From the NCBI GenBank assembly GCA_046543065.1, contig JBKHAE010000002.1, positions 7,144-71,143 of the forward strand: DNA of 64,000 nucleotides. Direction: 5' to 3'. This stretch comes from Desulfobacterales bacterium (lineage in GTDB: Bacteria; Desulfobacterota; Desulfobacteria; Desulfobacterales; Desulfosalsimonadaceae). The notes beneath the pieces were generated by a model. It was not told the DNA's origin, searched no databases, and worked only from the letters and a program-made list of their open reading frames with translations. Within the stretch, counting starts at the first letter, position 1. Each line of letters starts with the position of its first letter. Shown in pieces: positions 46,937 to 54,797 of the stretch. Made by a program: the position numbers and the translations under genes.

Positions 46937-47134
46937 CCTAAATTGAGCGATTTTCAAGTTTGCCGCAGATACAAGGAAGATGCAGGCGAGCTATAGTGAA
47001 CTATGCGAGGCTGCATCTGACGCAGTAGATGCGGTAAAATTGGAAATCCCGGAGGGTTTCAGATGGTTAAAATATAAATTGGTATAATCCTATATAAAAT
47101 CATATTGTTAAAAATCTGAAACGCTCAATTTAGG
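46937..47134. mobile_element. MITE-like composite: ~18-bp terminal inverted repeats (CCTAAATTGAGCG.TTT.CA) enclosing a ~100-bp long hairpin (46949-47048)
   Basis: cctaaattgagcgattttcaag at the left end and ctgaaacgctcaatttagg at the right end. A solo copy of the motif is at 4806-4824. No ORF lies inside. Confidence 0.5.
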
Positions 47135-47235
47135 GTGGAGTAAAAAACCATATCAGTGGACTTGACAAATATCCCTCTTGCATTAAATTTTTATTTAATG
47201 GTTTTAAGCAATAATTTTCAGCAAGGAGGTAGATC

Positions 47236-47328
47236 ATGATCGGGATGACAGTTGCGTTGATTTTGCTTTCGGTGTATTTCGCCGGCTGCACCGCGCGGGC
47301 AGCTGAGGGGGAATTTTGCAGATTGTAA
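47236..47328 (+). CDS. Candidate 30-aa small lipoprotein
   Basis: AAGGAGG lies 7 nt upstream of the ATG. The product is MIGMTVALILLSVYFAGCTARAAEGEFCRL with lipobox YFAGC. An intrinsic terminator follows 40 nt downstream. Confidence 0.4.
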   Translation: MIGMTVALILLSVYFAGCTARAAEGEFCRL

Positions 47329-47366
47329 AACATGCCGGATGATACCCGGCTTGACTATATATTTTG

Positions 47367-47398
47367 AAAAGGCGGCCAAAAATGGCCGCCTTTTTTTG
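47367..47398. terminator. Bidirectional rho-independent terminator
   Basis: aaaaGGCGGCCaaaaatGGCCGCCttttttt lies between the small ORF (+) and the end of the crotonase gene (-). Confidence 0.75.
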
Positions 47399-47405
47399 TT
47401 TTCCG

Positions 47406-48209
47406 TTATTTTCCCTTAAAATCCGGCGCACGCTTTTCAAACATGGCGTTTAATGCTTCCATGTAATCTTCGGTATGGTGACAAAGCGCCTGAAACGCGG
47501 CGGACTGATCCAGCAGGTGCCGAAGCGTCATGTCCTGTCCGGCATAGAGCAGGCGTTTGGCCATGCGAAGCGCCTCCGGCGGCTTCTCCGCGATCCGGTC
47601 TGCCAGCTCGCGAGCCTTGTCCATAAGCGCTTCATGGGGCGCCACATAATTGACCAAGCCGATTTCAAGGGCCCGGTCCGCGGCAATCACCTCGCCGGTA
47701 AATGTGAGCTCGCAGGCTCTGGCCATACCCACCACCCGGGGCAGAAAATAGGCCCCGCCGTCACCCGGAATCAACCCCACAGAGACGAAGGTTTCTCCGA
47801 ATTTGGCCTTTTCAGACGCCACGCGCATATCGCACATCAATGACAGATCGCAGCCCGCGCCGATGGCCGGGCCGTTTACGGCAGCAATCGTGGGCACCGC
47901 ACAGCCATAGACCGCCAGCGGAATCCGCTGAATATTTTTCCGGTAGCCTTCCATCACCTGGGCGGGCGTGCCCGCAAACATGCCCTTTTTGGCCGCCATG
48001 TCCTTGACGTTGCCGCCGGCGGAAAATGAGGGGTCGGCCGCCGTAATAATAAGCGCCCGGCAGGTCATGTCCGCATTGACCCGGCCCACGGCATCCTCGA
48101 CCTCGGAAATAATCGCCTCGCCGGTGATGGCGTTTCGGATATCCGGCCGGTTCAGCGTGAGGATGGCCACGCCGTGGCGGTTTTCAAATAGAATTTCCTG
48201 GTAAGACAT
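47406..48209 (-). CDS. Enoyl-CoA hydratase/isomerase family protein
   Basis: VAILTLNRPDIRNA...FSAGGNV...AAVNGPAIGAGCDLSLMCDMRVAS. The start at 48209 forms a TAATG overlap with the upstream stop. Confidence 0.8.
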   Translation of the reverse strand: MSYQEILFENRHGVAILTLNRPDIRNAITGEAIISEVEDAVGRVNADMTCRALIITAADPSFSAGGNVKDMAAKKGMFAGTPAQVMEGYRKNIQRIPLAVYGCAVPTIAAVNGPAIGAGCDLSLMCDMRVASEKAKFGETFVSVGLIPGDGGAYFLPRVVGMARACELTFTGEVIAADRALEIGLVNYVAPHEALMDKARELADRIAEKPPEALRMAKRLLYAGQDMTLRHLLDQSAAFQALCHHTEDYMEALNAMFEKRAPDFKGK

Positions 48210-49585
48210 TACCCAATACCCATTTCCCAATTGCCCGGATTCATAATTCCCTTGGGATCCAGAAACCCTTTGACCCGCTGGATCAGCTCGGCGGTATTCG
48301 GATCCATTTTCTCCAGCACCATCTGCTGGGCGGGTTTTTCCCCTTTCCAGATCATACCGCCCATCTCCAGAGTCGCCCGGTTGGAATCCGCCAGCGCATT
48401 TCTTGTTTTTTCAATGTCGGTCTCATCCGCCCGGTTAAATGAATAGTTAAATCCGAACATGATGCTGTTGCCCTGCAGCACCTGATGGACGTAGGAACAG
48501 ATCATTCCGTATTTATGGGCGATTTCGAACCCTTTTCGCCAGGCTTCCGGCACCTTGTCCACCGGGAGGATGGCCCCGGTGTACTGAAAGCCTCCGCCCT
48601 CCCTGAAATCCGCGGCCAGGGCCGCCAGGGGCGGCACATCCAGAAACCGCTTTTCAAGCGCCGGATGCAGATTTTCCACAAATTGAATCGTTTTTTTACC
48701 CTTAAAAATCGTAAATAGCTCTTTATAGACCTTTTTCTTAAACTCGACCTCTTCCTTGAAATGGCCGGAGACAATGACCACCAGAAAGGCATGGTTCATC
48801 CAGTCCGGTTTTTCCTGGGTGATCAGAAAAAAATCCTCGGCCAGATCCAGATGCATGACCTCAAATATGGCCTCGGGCAAAAGATCGATATCATCGGTTT
48901 GAAACGCCATCACCTCACGGAAATCGGGCTTTGGAAAAAGCTTGAGCGAGAGTTTTGTGACAATCCCGGTGGTGCCGTACCACCCGACAAAAAGGCCGGC
49001 AAGTTCGGGCATGGGGCCTTTGGTAAACCATTTCTCATCCAGCGCACAGGAGCCGATGCGGGCGATCTCACCCGTCGGGAGCACCACCTCCAGACCGGCG
49101 ATCATATCCGAATTGATCCCGTATCTGGGTGAGATATGGCCGTGGCCGTGGATCAGGGCGTTTCCTGTCACCGTTGCCGTGGGCGGCGCCTCCGGGGTGG
49201 AATGCTGCAGGCGGGGATGGTGTTTTTTCAGATACTCCCTTAATTTCCCCTGCGAGACCCCCGCCTCAATCAAAGCGTAGCGGTTCATCTCGTCCACTTC
49301 CAGAATCTGGTCCATCCGCTTCATATCCAGCACGATTCCGCCGCGCCGGGGCACCACCAGGCCGGACAGGGCGAGCCCCCCACCCAGGGGGGTGATGGGT
49401 ATATTCTCGCGGTTGGCGAGCTGGACGATCTGCTGAATCTCTTCCGCTGTTTTCGGCAGCACCACGTAATCCGCCTGTCCGGGCGGCTGCGCCCCGGAAT
49501 CCCGGGAATAGAGATAGAGCTCGGTGGAATTGTTGGATACCCGCTCAGCCCCGACAATATTCATTAATGCCTCATATATGTTCAT
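48209..49585 (-). CDS. FAD-binding oxidoreductase (GlcD / D-lactate dehydrogenase-like, FAD-linked oxidase family)
   Basis: FAD_binding_4-like N-terminus (VVLPKTAEEIQQIVQLANRENIPITPLGGG) and an FAD-oxidase C-terminal domain. Confidence 0.75.
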   Translation of the reverse strand: MNIYEALMNIVGAERVSNNSTELYLYSRDSGAQPPGQADYVVLPKTAEEIQQIVQLANRENIPITPLGGGLALSGLVVPRRGGIVLDMKRMDQILEVDEMNRYALIEAGVSQGKLREYLKKHHPRLQHSTPEAPPTATVTGNALIHGHGHISPRYGINSDMIAGLEVVLPTGEIARIGSCALDEKWFTKGPMPELAGLFVGWYGTTGIVTKLSLKLFPKPDFREVMAFQTDDIDLLPEAIFEVMHLDLAEDFFLITQEKPDWMNHAFLVVIVSGHFKEEVEFKKKVYKELFTIFKGKKTIQFVENLHPALEKRFLDVPPLAALAADFREGGGFQYTGAILPVDKVPEAWRKGFEIAHKYGMICSYVHQVLQGNSIMFGFNYSFNRADETDIEKTRNALADSNRATLEMGGMIWKGEKPAQQMVLEKMDPNTAELIQRVKGFLDPKGIMNPGNWEMGIG

Positions 49586-50748
49586 AGAAGCTCCTCTGTC
49601 GCCAGCTCAGAAATCTCCCGGACCTGAATACGGCCCTCGAGATTCTGGGATTTCACTGCGTCTTCAAACATCAGCGTACATATCGGGCAGGCCGTCACCA
49701 ATAGTTCCGCCCCGGTATCAGCCGCCTCCCTCACCCGCACCTTGGCCGATGTCTCAGGTCCGCTTGAGACCAGATCCGTAAAAAAATTGCCGCCTCCGCC
49801 GCCGCAGCACAGGGCGTCTGATTGGCTGTGGGGCATCTCCACCAGTTTAATGCCGGGCAGAGCTGCCAGAATTTGCCGGGCACTTTCGTATTCCTGATTA
49901 TGACGGCCCAGGTAGCATGGATCATGGAAGGTCACCCGACGGGACGATTCAGCCGCGGGCCGGGCCTGCTGCTTGGTTTCAGATAACAGGCGGGCCAGCA
50001 CCTGCGTATAGTGGAACACCTGAAACTCCCCGTCCAGTTCCGGATAGTCATTTTTTAAGACATTGTAGCCGTGGGGCGAGAGGGTGACAATCTTTTGAAC
50101 ACCCAGTTTATGAAAGGTTTTAATGTTCTGTTCCGCCAGATGCCGGAAGAGCTCTAGTTCGCCCAGGGCCTTGGCATCATTTCCGTCCGAGCCTTCCTGC
50201 GGCCCTAAGATGCCGAATGAGAGCCCCAGTTTGGCAAGCAGGCCGGCCGCAGACCGCGCGATTTCGCTTCCCCGTGCATCGAATGCGCCCACATCTCCCG
50301 CATAAAAAAGATATTCCTGATCTTTATAGGCTTTAAGGCCTACCGCCTGCGCCCAGTCGCCCCGCTTTTTCCGGGGCATTTTATAGGGGTTGCCGTGCTC
50401 AAAAAGCGTGGTCAGGTAATCCCGTACCGGCGGCGGCACCGTGCCCTGCTCGATCATTTTCTCCTTGGCAGCGATAAAGGCGCTTAGTATCTGATCCTTG
50501 AATTTGCTAAAAATGCAGTGCTCCACGCAATTATTGCAGGTGGCGCAGGAAAAAAGGACCTCCTGGAACCTCGCATCCGCTTCAATCTCATTGTCCAGCC
50601 AAGCCCTTAACAACCACATGCGGCCCCCGGGTGAAAAGGATTCAAACCGGTACCGCAGGTACGCTGGGCAGTTAATATCCGAATAATCGCTGGGCAGTTT
50701 GCAAAACCCGCACCGAAAACATCGATGCAGAATCTCTTCGTGCTCCAT
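49582..50748 (-). CDS. (Fe-S)-binding protein with two CCG-type domains (GlcF/GlpC/HdrD-like)
   Basis: CFRCGFCKLP and CATCNNCVEHC clusters, with CCGGGGG and CPxC CCG-domain motifs. ATGA overlap with the FAD oxidase gene. Confidence 0.75.
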   Translation of the reverse strand: MEHEEILHRCFRCGFCKLPSDYSDINCPAYLRYRFESFSPGGRMWLLRAWLDNEIEADARFQEVLFSCATCNNCVEHCIFSKFKDQILSAFIAAKEKMIEQGTVPPPVRDYLTTLFEHGNPYKMPRKKRGDWAQAVGLKAYKDQEYLFYAGDVGAFDARGSEIARSAAGLLAKLGLSFGILGPQEGSDGNDAKALGELELFRHLAEQNIKTFHKLGVQKIVTLSPHGYNVLKNDYPELDGEFQVFHYTQVLARLLSETKQQARPAAESSRRVTFHDPCYLGRHNQEYESARQILAALPGIKLVEMPHSQSDALCCGGGGGNFFTDLVSSGPETSAKVRVREAADTGAELLVTACPICTLMFEDAVKSQNLEGRIQVREISELATEELL

Positions 50749-50768
50749 TATATTTCCTTCTTTGATTG

Positions 50769-51518
50769 TTATTGATCAATATAAAACCGCCAGGCGCAGT
50801 ACCATTCTTCCGGATGCGGGTCCGGGGGGCAGCCGATGCATTCGGTTTGAATCCGCTCGTCAATGGAGCGGGCAAAATAGGTATATTCCACCAGGCCGGC
50901 GGTCTTGCAGGGGTAATCCTCAAGCCCCTTTCGCTTTCTGGCCGCCTGGACGCGGCAGTCGTTCATCTGAAAAACAAAACTGTCCGGCTTCTCCTCGCTA
51001 AATGACTGCTGGTTGATATTGGCATAGAGACGAAACCCCAGTGCCTTCTTCAACCCCTCCAGACCGGGGCGCTCTGGCATGTTAAAGAAGCGTTTAATGG
51101 TCCAGGCCTCAAACGGAGAGAACTGGGTCCAGCAGGAATCATTGCACCGTTTGGCGTCATTCATCCCGTGCTCGAACTCAACCGACTGAAACCAGACCCC
51201 GTCATTGACCAGCCAGTTGACGGATACGGTATTTAAGAGCGCCATCAGTTTTTCCCGCGGCATTTCGGCGAGCGGGGCGGGCAGATCGTCTGCCGCCATA
51301 TCAAACCCTAAAGTTTTGGAAAGCCGCTTCATCTGAATGTTAAAACTCTTGCTGGATGCCTCATCCAGCACCTCCAAAGCCCGGTCCATGCGCAGCTGGT
51401 GCCGTACTTCAGTAAACCAGAAAGCATAGTGCATGATGATCCGATGAAAAAGATTGATCACATAGCGGGCCAAATCCTCATTGGACAGCTCATCTAATGA
51501 ATTAACGGTATCCGGCAT
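50769..51518 (-). CDS. Conserved hypothetical cytosolic protein with a Cys-rich C-terminus
   Basis: 249-aa ORF in the operon with no motif I can name confidently. The C-terminus is ...DYPCKTAG...ECIGCPPDPHPEEWYCAWRF. Confidence 0.5.
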   Translation of the reverse strand: MPDTVNSLDELSNEDLARYVINLFHRIIMHYAFWFTEVRHQLRMDRALEVLDEASSKSFNIQMKRLSKTLGFDMAADDLPAPLAEMPREKLMALLNTVSVNWLVNDGVWFQSVEFEHGMNDAKRCNDSCWTQFSPFEAWTIKRFFNMPERPGLEGLKKALGFRLYANINQQSFSEEKPDSFVFQMNDCRVQAARKRKGLEDYPCKTAGLVEYTYFARSIDERIQTECIGCPPDPHPEEWYCAWRFYIDQ

Positions 51519-51534
51519 GATTGCTCCTTGTCCA

Positions 51535-51617
51535 GGCGTTAGCTTAAAACCTTTTTACCCTCATCCCAGCCTTCTCCCAAGGGGAGAAGGGGGTAAACGG
51601 AATTTTAAGCTAACGCC
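51535..51617. repeat. ~80-bp long palindromic element containing CCTTCTCC-CAA-GGGGAGAAGG
   Basis: ggcgttagcttaaaac...ccctcatcccagccttctcccaaggggagaaggg...ttttaagctaacgcc. An inverted near-copy of the core is at 61449-61490. Confidence 0.7.
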
Positions 51618-51637
51618 TTCTCATTGCCAATTACAAT

Positions 51638-53590
51638 TTATGTCTTGAGCTCTTCCATATCCTGATAATAATCCAAGGCCTCCGGATTTTTAAGCGCATC
51701 CTTATTTTGAACCGGTTTGTTTTCAATCATCTTCTTAACAGCCAGCTCCACCTTTTTCATATTCAGGGTATACGGAATATCCGGCACCTCAATAATTTTG
51801 GCCGGCACATGCCGCGGGGAGGCCTCGCTTCGGATCACCTTCTTGATATGCTGCTTGAGCTCATCGGTCAGCTGGTGGCCATCCGCCATTTTCACAAACA
51901 GGATCACCCGTACATCATTTTCCCAGCTCTGGCCGACCACGATGCTGTCCTCGATTTCATCGATCATCTCCATCTGGCGGTAGATCTCTGCGGTGCCGAT
52001 GCGCACGCCGCCGGGATTTAGGGTGGCATCCGAGCGGCCGTAGATTTTAACCCCGCCGTGATCGTTTATCTCAATATAGTCCCCGTGGCGCCAAACCCCG
52101 GGGTATACGCTGAAATAGGCGTCATGGTATTTCTGATTGTCCGGATCATTCCAGAAATAAAGCGGCATGGACGGAAAGGGCGCGGTGCAGACCAGCTCGC
52201 CCTGTTCGTCTAACACCGGCTTGCCGTTTTGATCAAACGCCTCCACCTTCATGCCCAATCCCCGGCACTGGAGCTCACCGGCGTAGACCGGTCCGATGGG
52301 GTTACCCAGCGCAAAGCAGCCGTTTAGATCCGTGCCGCCGGAAATGGAGGCCAGCTGAAGATCGGACTTTACCGCATCATAGACATACGCAAAGCCTTCT
52401 TCGGAGAGCGGGGATCCGGTTGACAGAACGGCCCGGAGTGGACTCAGGTCGTATTTATCTCCCGGCCGAAGGCCGGTGTCGCGAAGGGCAGAAATGTAGC
52501 CGGCGCTGGTGCCGAATACCGTTAGCTTTTCATTCTGGGCCATCTCCCAGAGCGCCCCCTCATCCGGGTAAAAAGGATTGCCGTCATAGAGCACGATGGT
52601 GGCCCCGGTGCCTAAGGCGCAGGTCAGCCAGTTCCACATCATCCATCCGCAGGTGGTAAAATAAAACACCACATCCCGGCGCTTGACGTCGGTGTGCAGG
52701 ATATGCTCCTTTAACTGATTGATCAGAATCCCGGCGCTGCCCTGCACCATGCACTTGGGCAGCCCGGTGGTGCCGGATGAGTACATGATGTATAGGGGAT
52801 GATTGGCCGGGAGCTGCGCAAAATCGATTGAAAGCCCGGATTCGGCGGATTTGAAATCATCCATCAGCATGGCCTTGTCTATACCTGAGATATCCGGTGC
52901 GCTCTGGGTATACGGCACAATCACCGCCCGTTCGATGGAGGGGATCTGCTTGACGATATCCGCCACCCGGTCGAGAGAATCAATGCGTTTGCCTTTAAAG
53001 AAGTATCCATCTGCGGATATCAGGACCCTCGGGGCGATCTGGCCGAACCGGTCCATCACCCCTTTGAACCCGAAATCCGGTGAACAGGAGGACCAGGCGG
53101 CGCCCAAGCTGGTGGCTGCCAGCATGGCGATAATGGTCTGCGGCATGTTGGGCATGTAGCCCACCACCCGCTCGCCCGGCCGGACCCCTAATTCCTTCAA
53201 GGATGCGGCCGTCCGCGCCACCTCATCATATAGCCTTGCGTAAGTCAGGCGCACGGGTTCCTGGTTTTCGCCTTTAAAAATGATCGCCAGCTCATCATCC
53301 CGGTAGCGGAGCAGGTTTTCGGCGAAGTTAAGCCGGGCGCCGACAAACCATTCGGTCCCCGGCATTCTGTTCAGATCATCCACCACCTGCTCATAGGGCT
53401 GGGAGTGGATGATATCGGCAAAGTCCCACATGGCTGCCCAGAAATCCGGGATTTGGTCAACGGACCACTGGTAGAGCTCCGGATAATTGGATATGGACAG
53501 ATTGTACCGTCCGTTCACGTACTGGATAAACCGGTACATGTTGGTCTGTTTGATCTGTTCTTCGCTCGGTTGCCATAAGATCTTAGACAT
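51638..53590 (-). CDS. Acetoacetate-CoA ligase (acetoacetyl-CoA synthetase)
   Basis: The N-terminus ILWQPSEEQIKQTNMYRFIQYVN...YPELYQWSVDQIPDFWAAMWDF is characteristic. Also YSSGTTGLPK and a C-terminal ...MKKVELAVKK. The start was chosen at MSKILW (53590). Confidence 0.85.
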   Translation of the reverse strand: MSKILWQPSEEQIKQTNMYRFIQYVNGRYNLSISNYPELYQWSVDQIPDFWAAMWDFADIIHSQPYEQVVDDLNRMPGTEWFVGARLNFAENLLRYRDDELAIIFKGENQEPVRLTYARLYDEVARTAASLKELGVRPGERVVGYMPNMPQTIIAMLAATSLGAAWSSCSPDFGFKGVMDRFGQIAPRVLISADGYFFKGKRIDSLDRVADIVKQIPSIERAVIVPYTQSAPDISGIDKAMLMDDFKSAESGLSIDFAQLPANHPLYIMYSSGTTGLPKCMVQGSAGILINQLKEHILHTDVKRRDVVFYFTTCGWMMWNWLTCALGTGATIVLYDGNPFYPDEGALWEMAQNEKLTVFGTSAGYISALRDTGLRPGDKYDLSPLRAVLSTGSPLSEEGFAYVYDAVKSDLQLASISGGTDLNGCFALGNPIGPVYAGELQCRGLGMKVEAFDQNGKPVLDEQGELVCTAPFPSMPLYFWNDPDNQKYHDAYFSVYPGVWRHGDYIEINDHGGVKIYGRSDATLNPGGVRIGTAEIYRQMEMIDEIEDSIVVGQSWENDVRVILFVKMADGHQLTDELKQHIKKVIRSEASPRHVPAKIIEVPDIPYTLNMKKVELAVKKMIENKPVQNKDALKNPEALDYYQDMEELKT

Positions 53591-53604
53591 AAACGGCATC
53601 CCCT

Positions 53605-54774
53605 TTATTTTGGCTGGTATTTTTCCGGCAATACGGCCTTGTCGCCCCATTCCTTGGGCAGGAGCTGCTTCGGTTCTTCCCCCTGCTTTTCTTTAAGCGG
53701 CTTTAAACCCGGCCGGGCAAACTTCATATGCCCCTCCTTAAGGGTGCGGCCGTTGATCACCGCCTCGCTGCGCAGCCGCTGACCCGCGGTCTTTTCCATC
53801 AGCCGGCCCAGCTTGAGCACGTGATCCACGTCATAGCCGTGCTCAATCCCCATCTCATCGATCTGAACCAGCATGTCCTCAAGACAGGTAAGCCCCACGT
53901 AGCGGGGATCTTCATAATAGTATTCACCGGTCCCAGGCACCGGGCAGTCATCCAGGAAGTTGGCGGGCTGCCCGCCCATGCCGCCGATGGTCGCCTCGAA
54001 ATTGTTGATGCCGGCCTGAAGCGCGGCCAGAATGGAAGCTGCGCCTACGCGTTTGGTCTCATGAAAATGGGCGATGTGGACGCTTGTATCCGGGATTTCA
54101 TCCAGAATCATGGCAAAATACCGGTACACCTCCGCTGCGGAAGCGCTGCCGTCATGATCCGCATGCTCGATGTCCGAGGCGCCGATCTCCAGCCAGCGCT
54201 TGGTGAACTCTACGGCATCTTTTAATTCCGTGGCACCGGCGATGGGGCTGCCCCAGATCGTGCTGACCGTGCCGCACATCTTAATCCCGGCATCGCGGCA
54301 TTTTTTAATGCTGCGCTCGGCCTCCTTCCAGTACATGGGCAGGGTGGTGCCGGAATTGGCAAAGTGATGCTCCTCCTCTGTGGATACCATCATCAGCACC
54401 CGATCCGGGCCGATCCCCTTTTCTTTTAACTCAATGGCCTTATCCACCGCCGGTTCCCGTATGGTCACCGCCGTCACACAGATATCGTCCGGGTTGATAT
54501 TTCTTTTGGCGCAGCGCCGCTTGAATTGCTCACTTCGAAGATGGGAGAGCACCTCTTCGGCATCGCTGAACTGGGGCAGCAGGTACGGATTGCCCAGATT
54601 GGTCACCTCGATGTAGCGGCAGCCCGCAAAAATGAGCTGTTCCGCATAATAGATTTTCGCCCGCGTGGAGATAAATTTCTCCAAATGCTGAAACCCATCC
54701 CTTATGGTGATGTCACCAATGGTCACCTTTTTCGGCATTCGGGGAAAAACTTTCCAAAGATCATATTCGGTCAT
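53605..54774 (-). CDS. HMG-CoA-lyase-like (HMGL family) protein, atypical long form
   Basis: VTIGDITIRDGFQ..., EVTNLGNPYLLPQFSD and HFHETKRVG (HxH). The GGCP catalytic-Cys motif position reads GGMGGQPA, followed by a ~17-aa insertion. Confidence 0.65.
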   Translation of the reverse strand: MTEYDLWKVFPRMPKKVTIGDITIRDGFQHLEKFISTRAKIYYAEQLIFAGCRYIEVTNLGNPYLLPQFSDAEEVLSHLRSEQFKRRCAKRNINPDDICVTAVTIREPAVDKAIELKEKGIGPDRVLMMVSTEEEHHFANSGTTLPMYWKEAERSIKKCRDAGIKMCGTVSTIWGSPIAGATELKDAVEFTKRWLEIGASDIEHADHDGSASAAEVYRYFAMILDEIPDTSVHIAHFHETKRVGAASILAALQAGINNFEATIGGMGGQPANFLDDCPVPGTGEYYYEDPRYVGLTCLEDMLVQIDEMGIEHGYDVDHVLKLGRLMEKTAGQRLRSEAVINGRTLKEGHMKFARPGLKPLKEKQGEEPKQLLPKEWGDKAVLPEKYQPK

Positions 54775-54797
54775 ATAGGCCTCCTTATTTTTTTCTA

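Noticed and set aside
46754-46996. 80-aa ORF in the repeat-rich spacer downstream of the cytochrome gene.
   Set aside because: It begins inside a GGGGGATTT-type element and runs into the MITE-like hairpin. It has no RBS and a low-complexity product.
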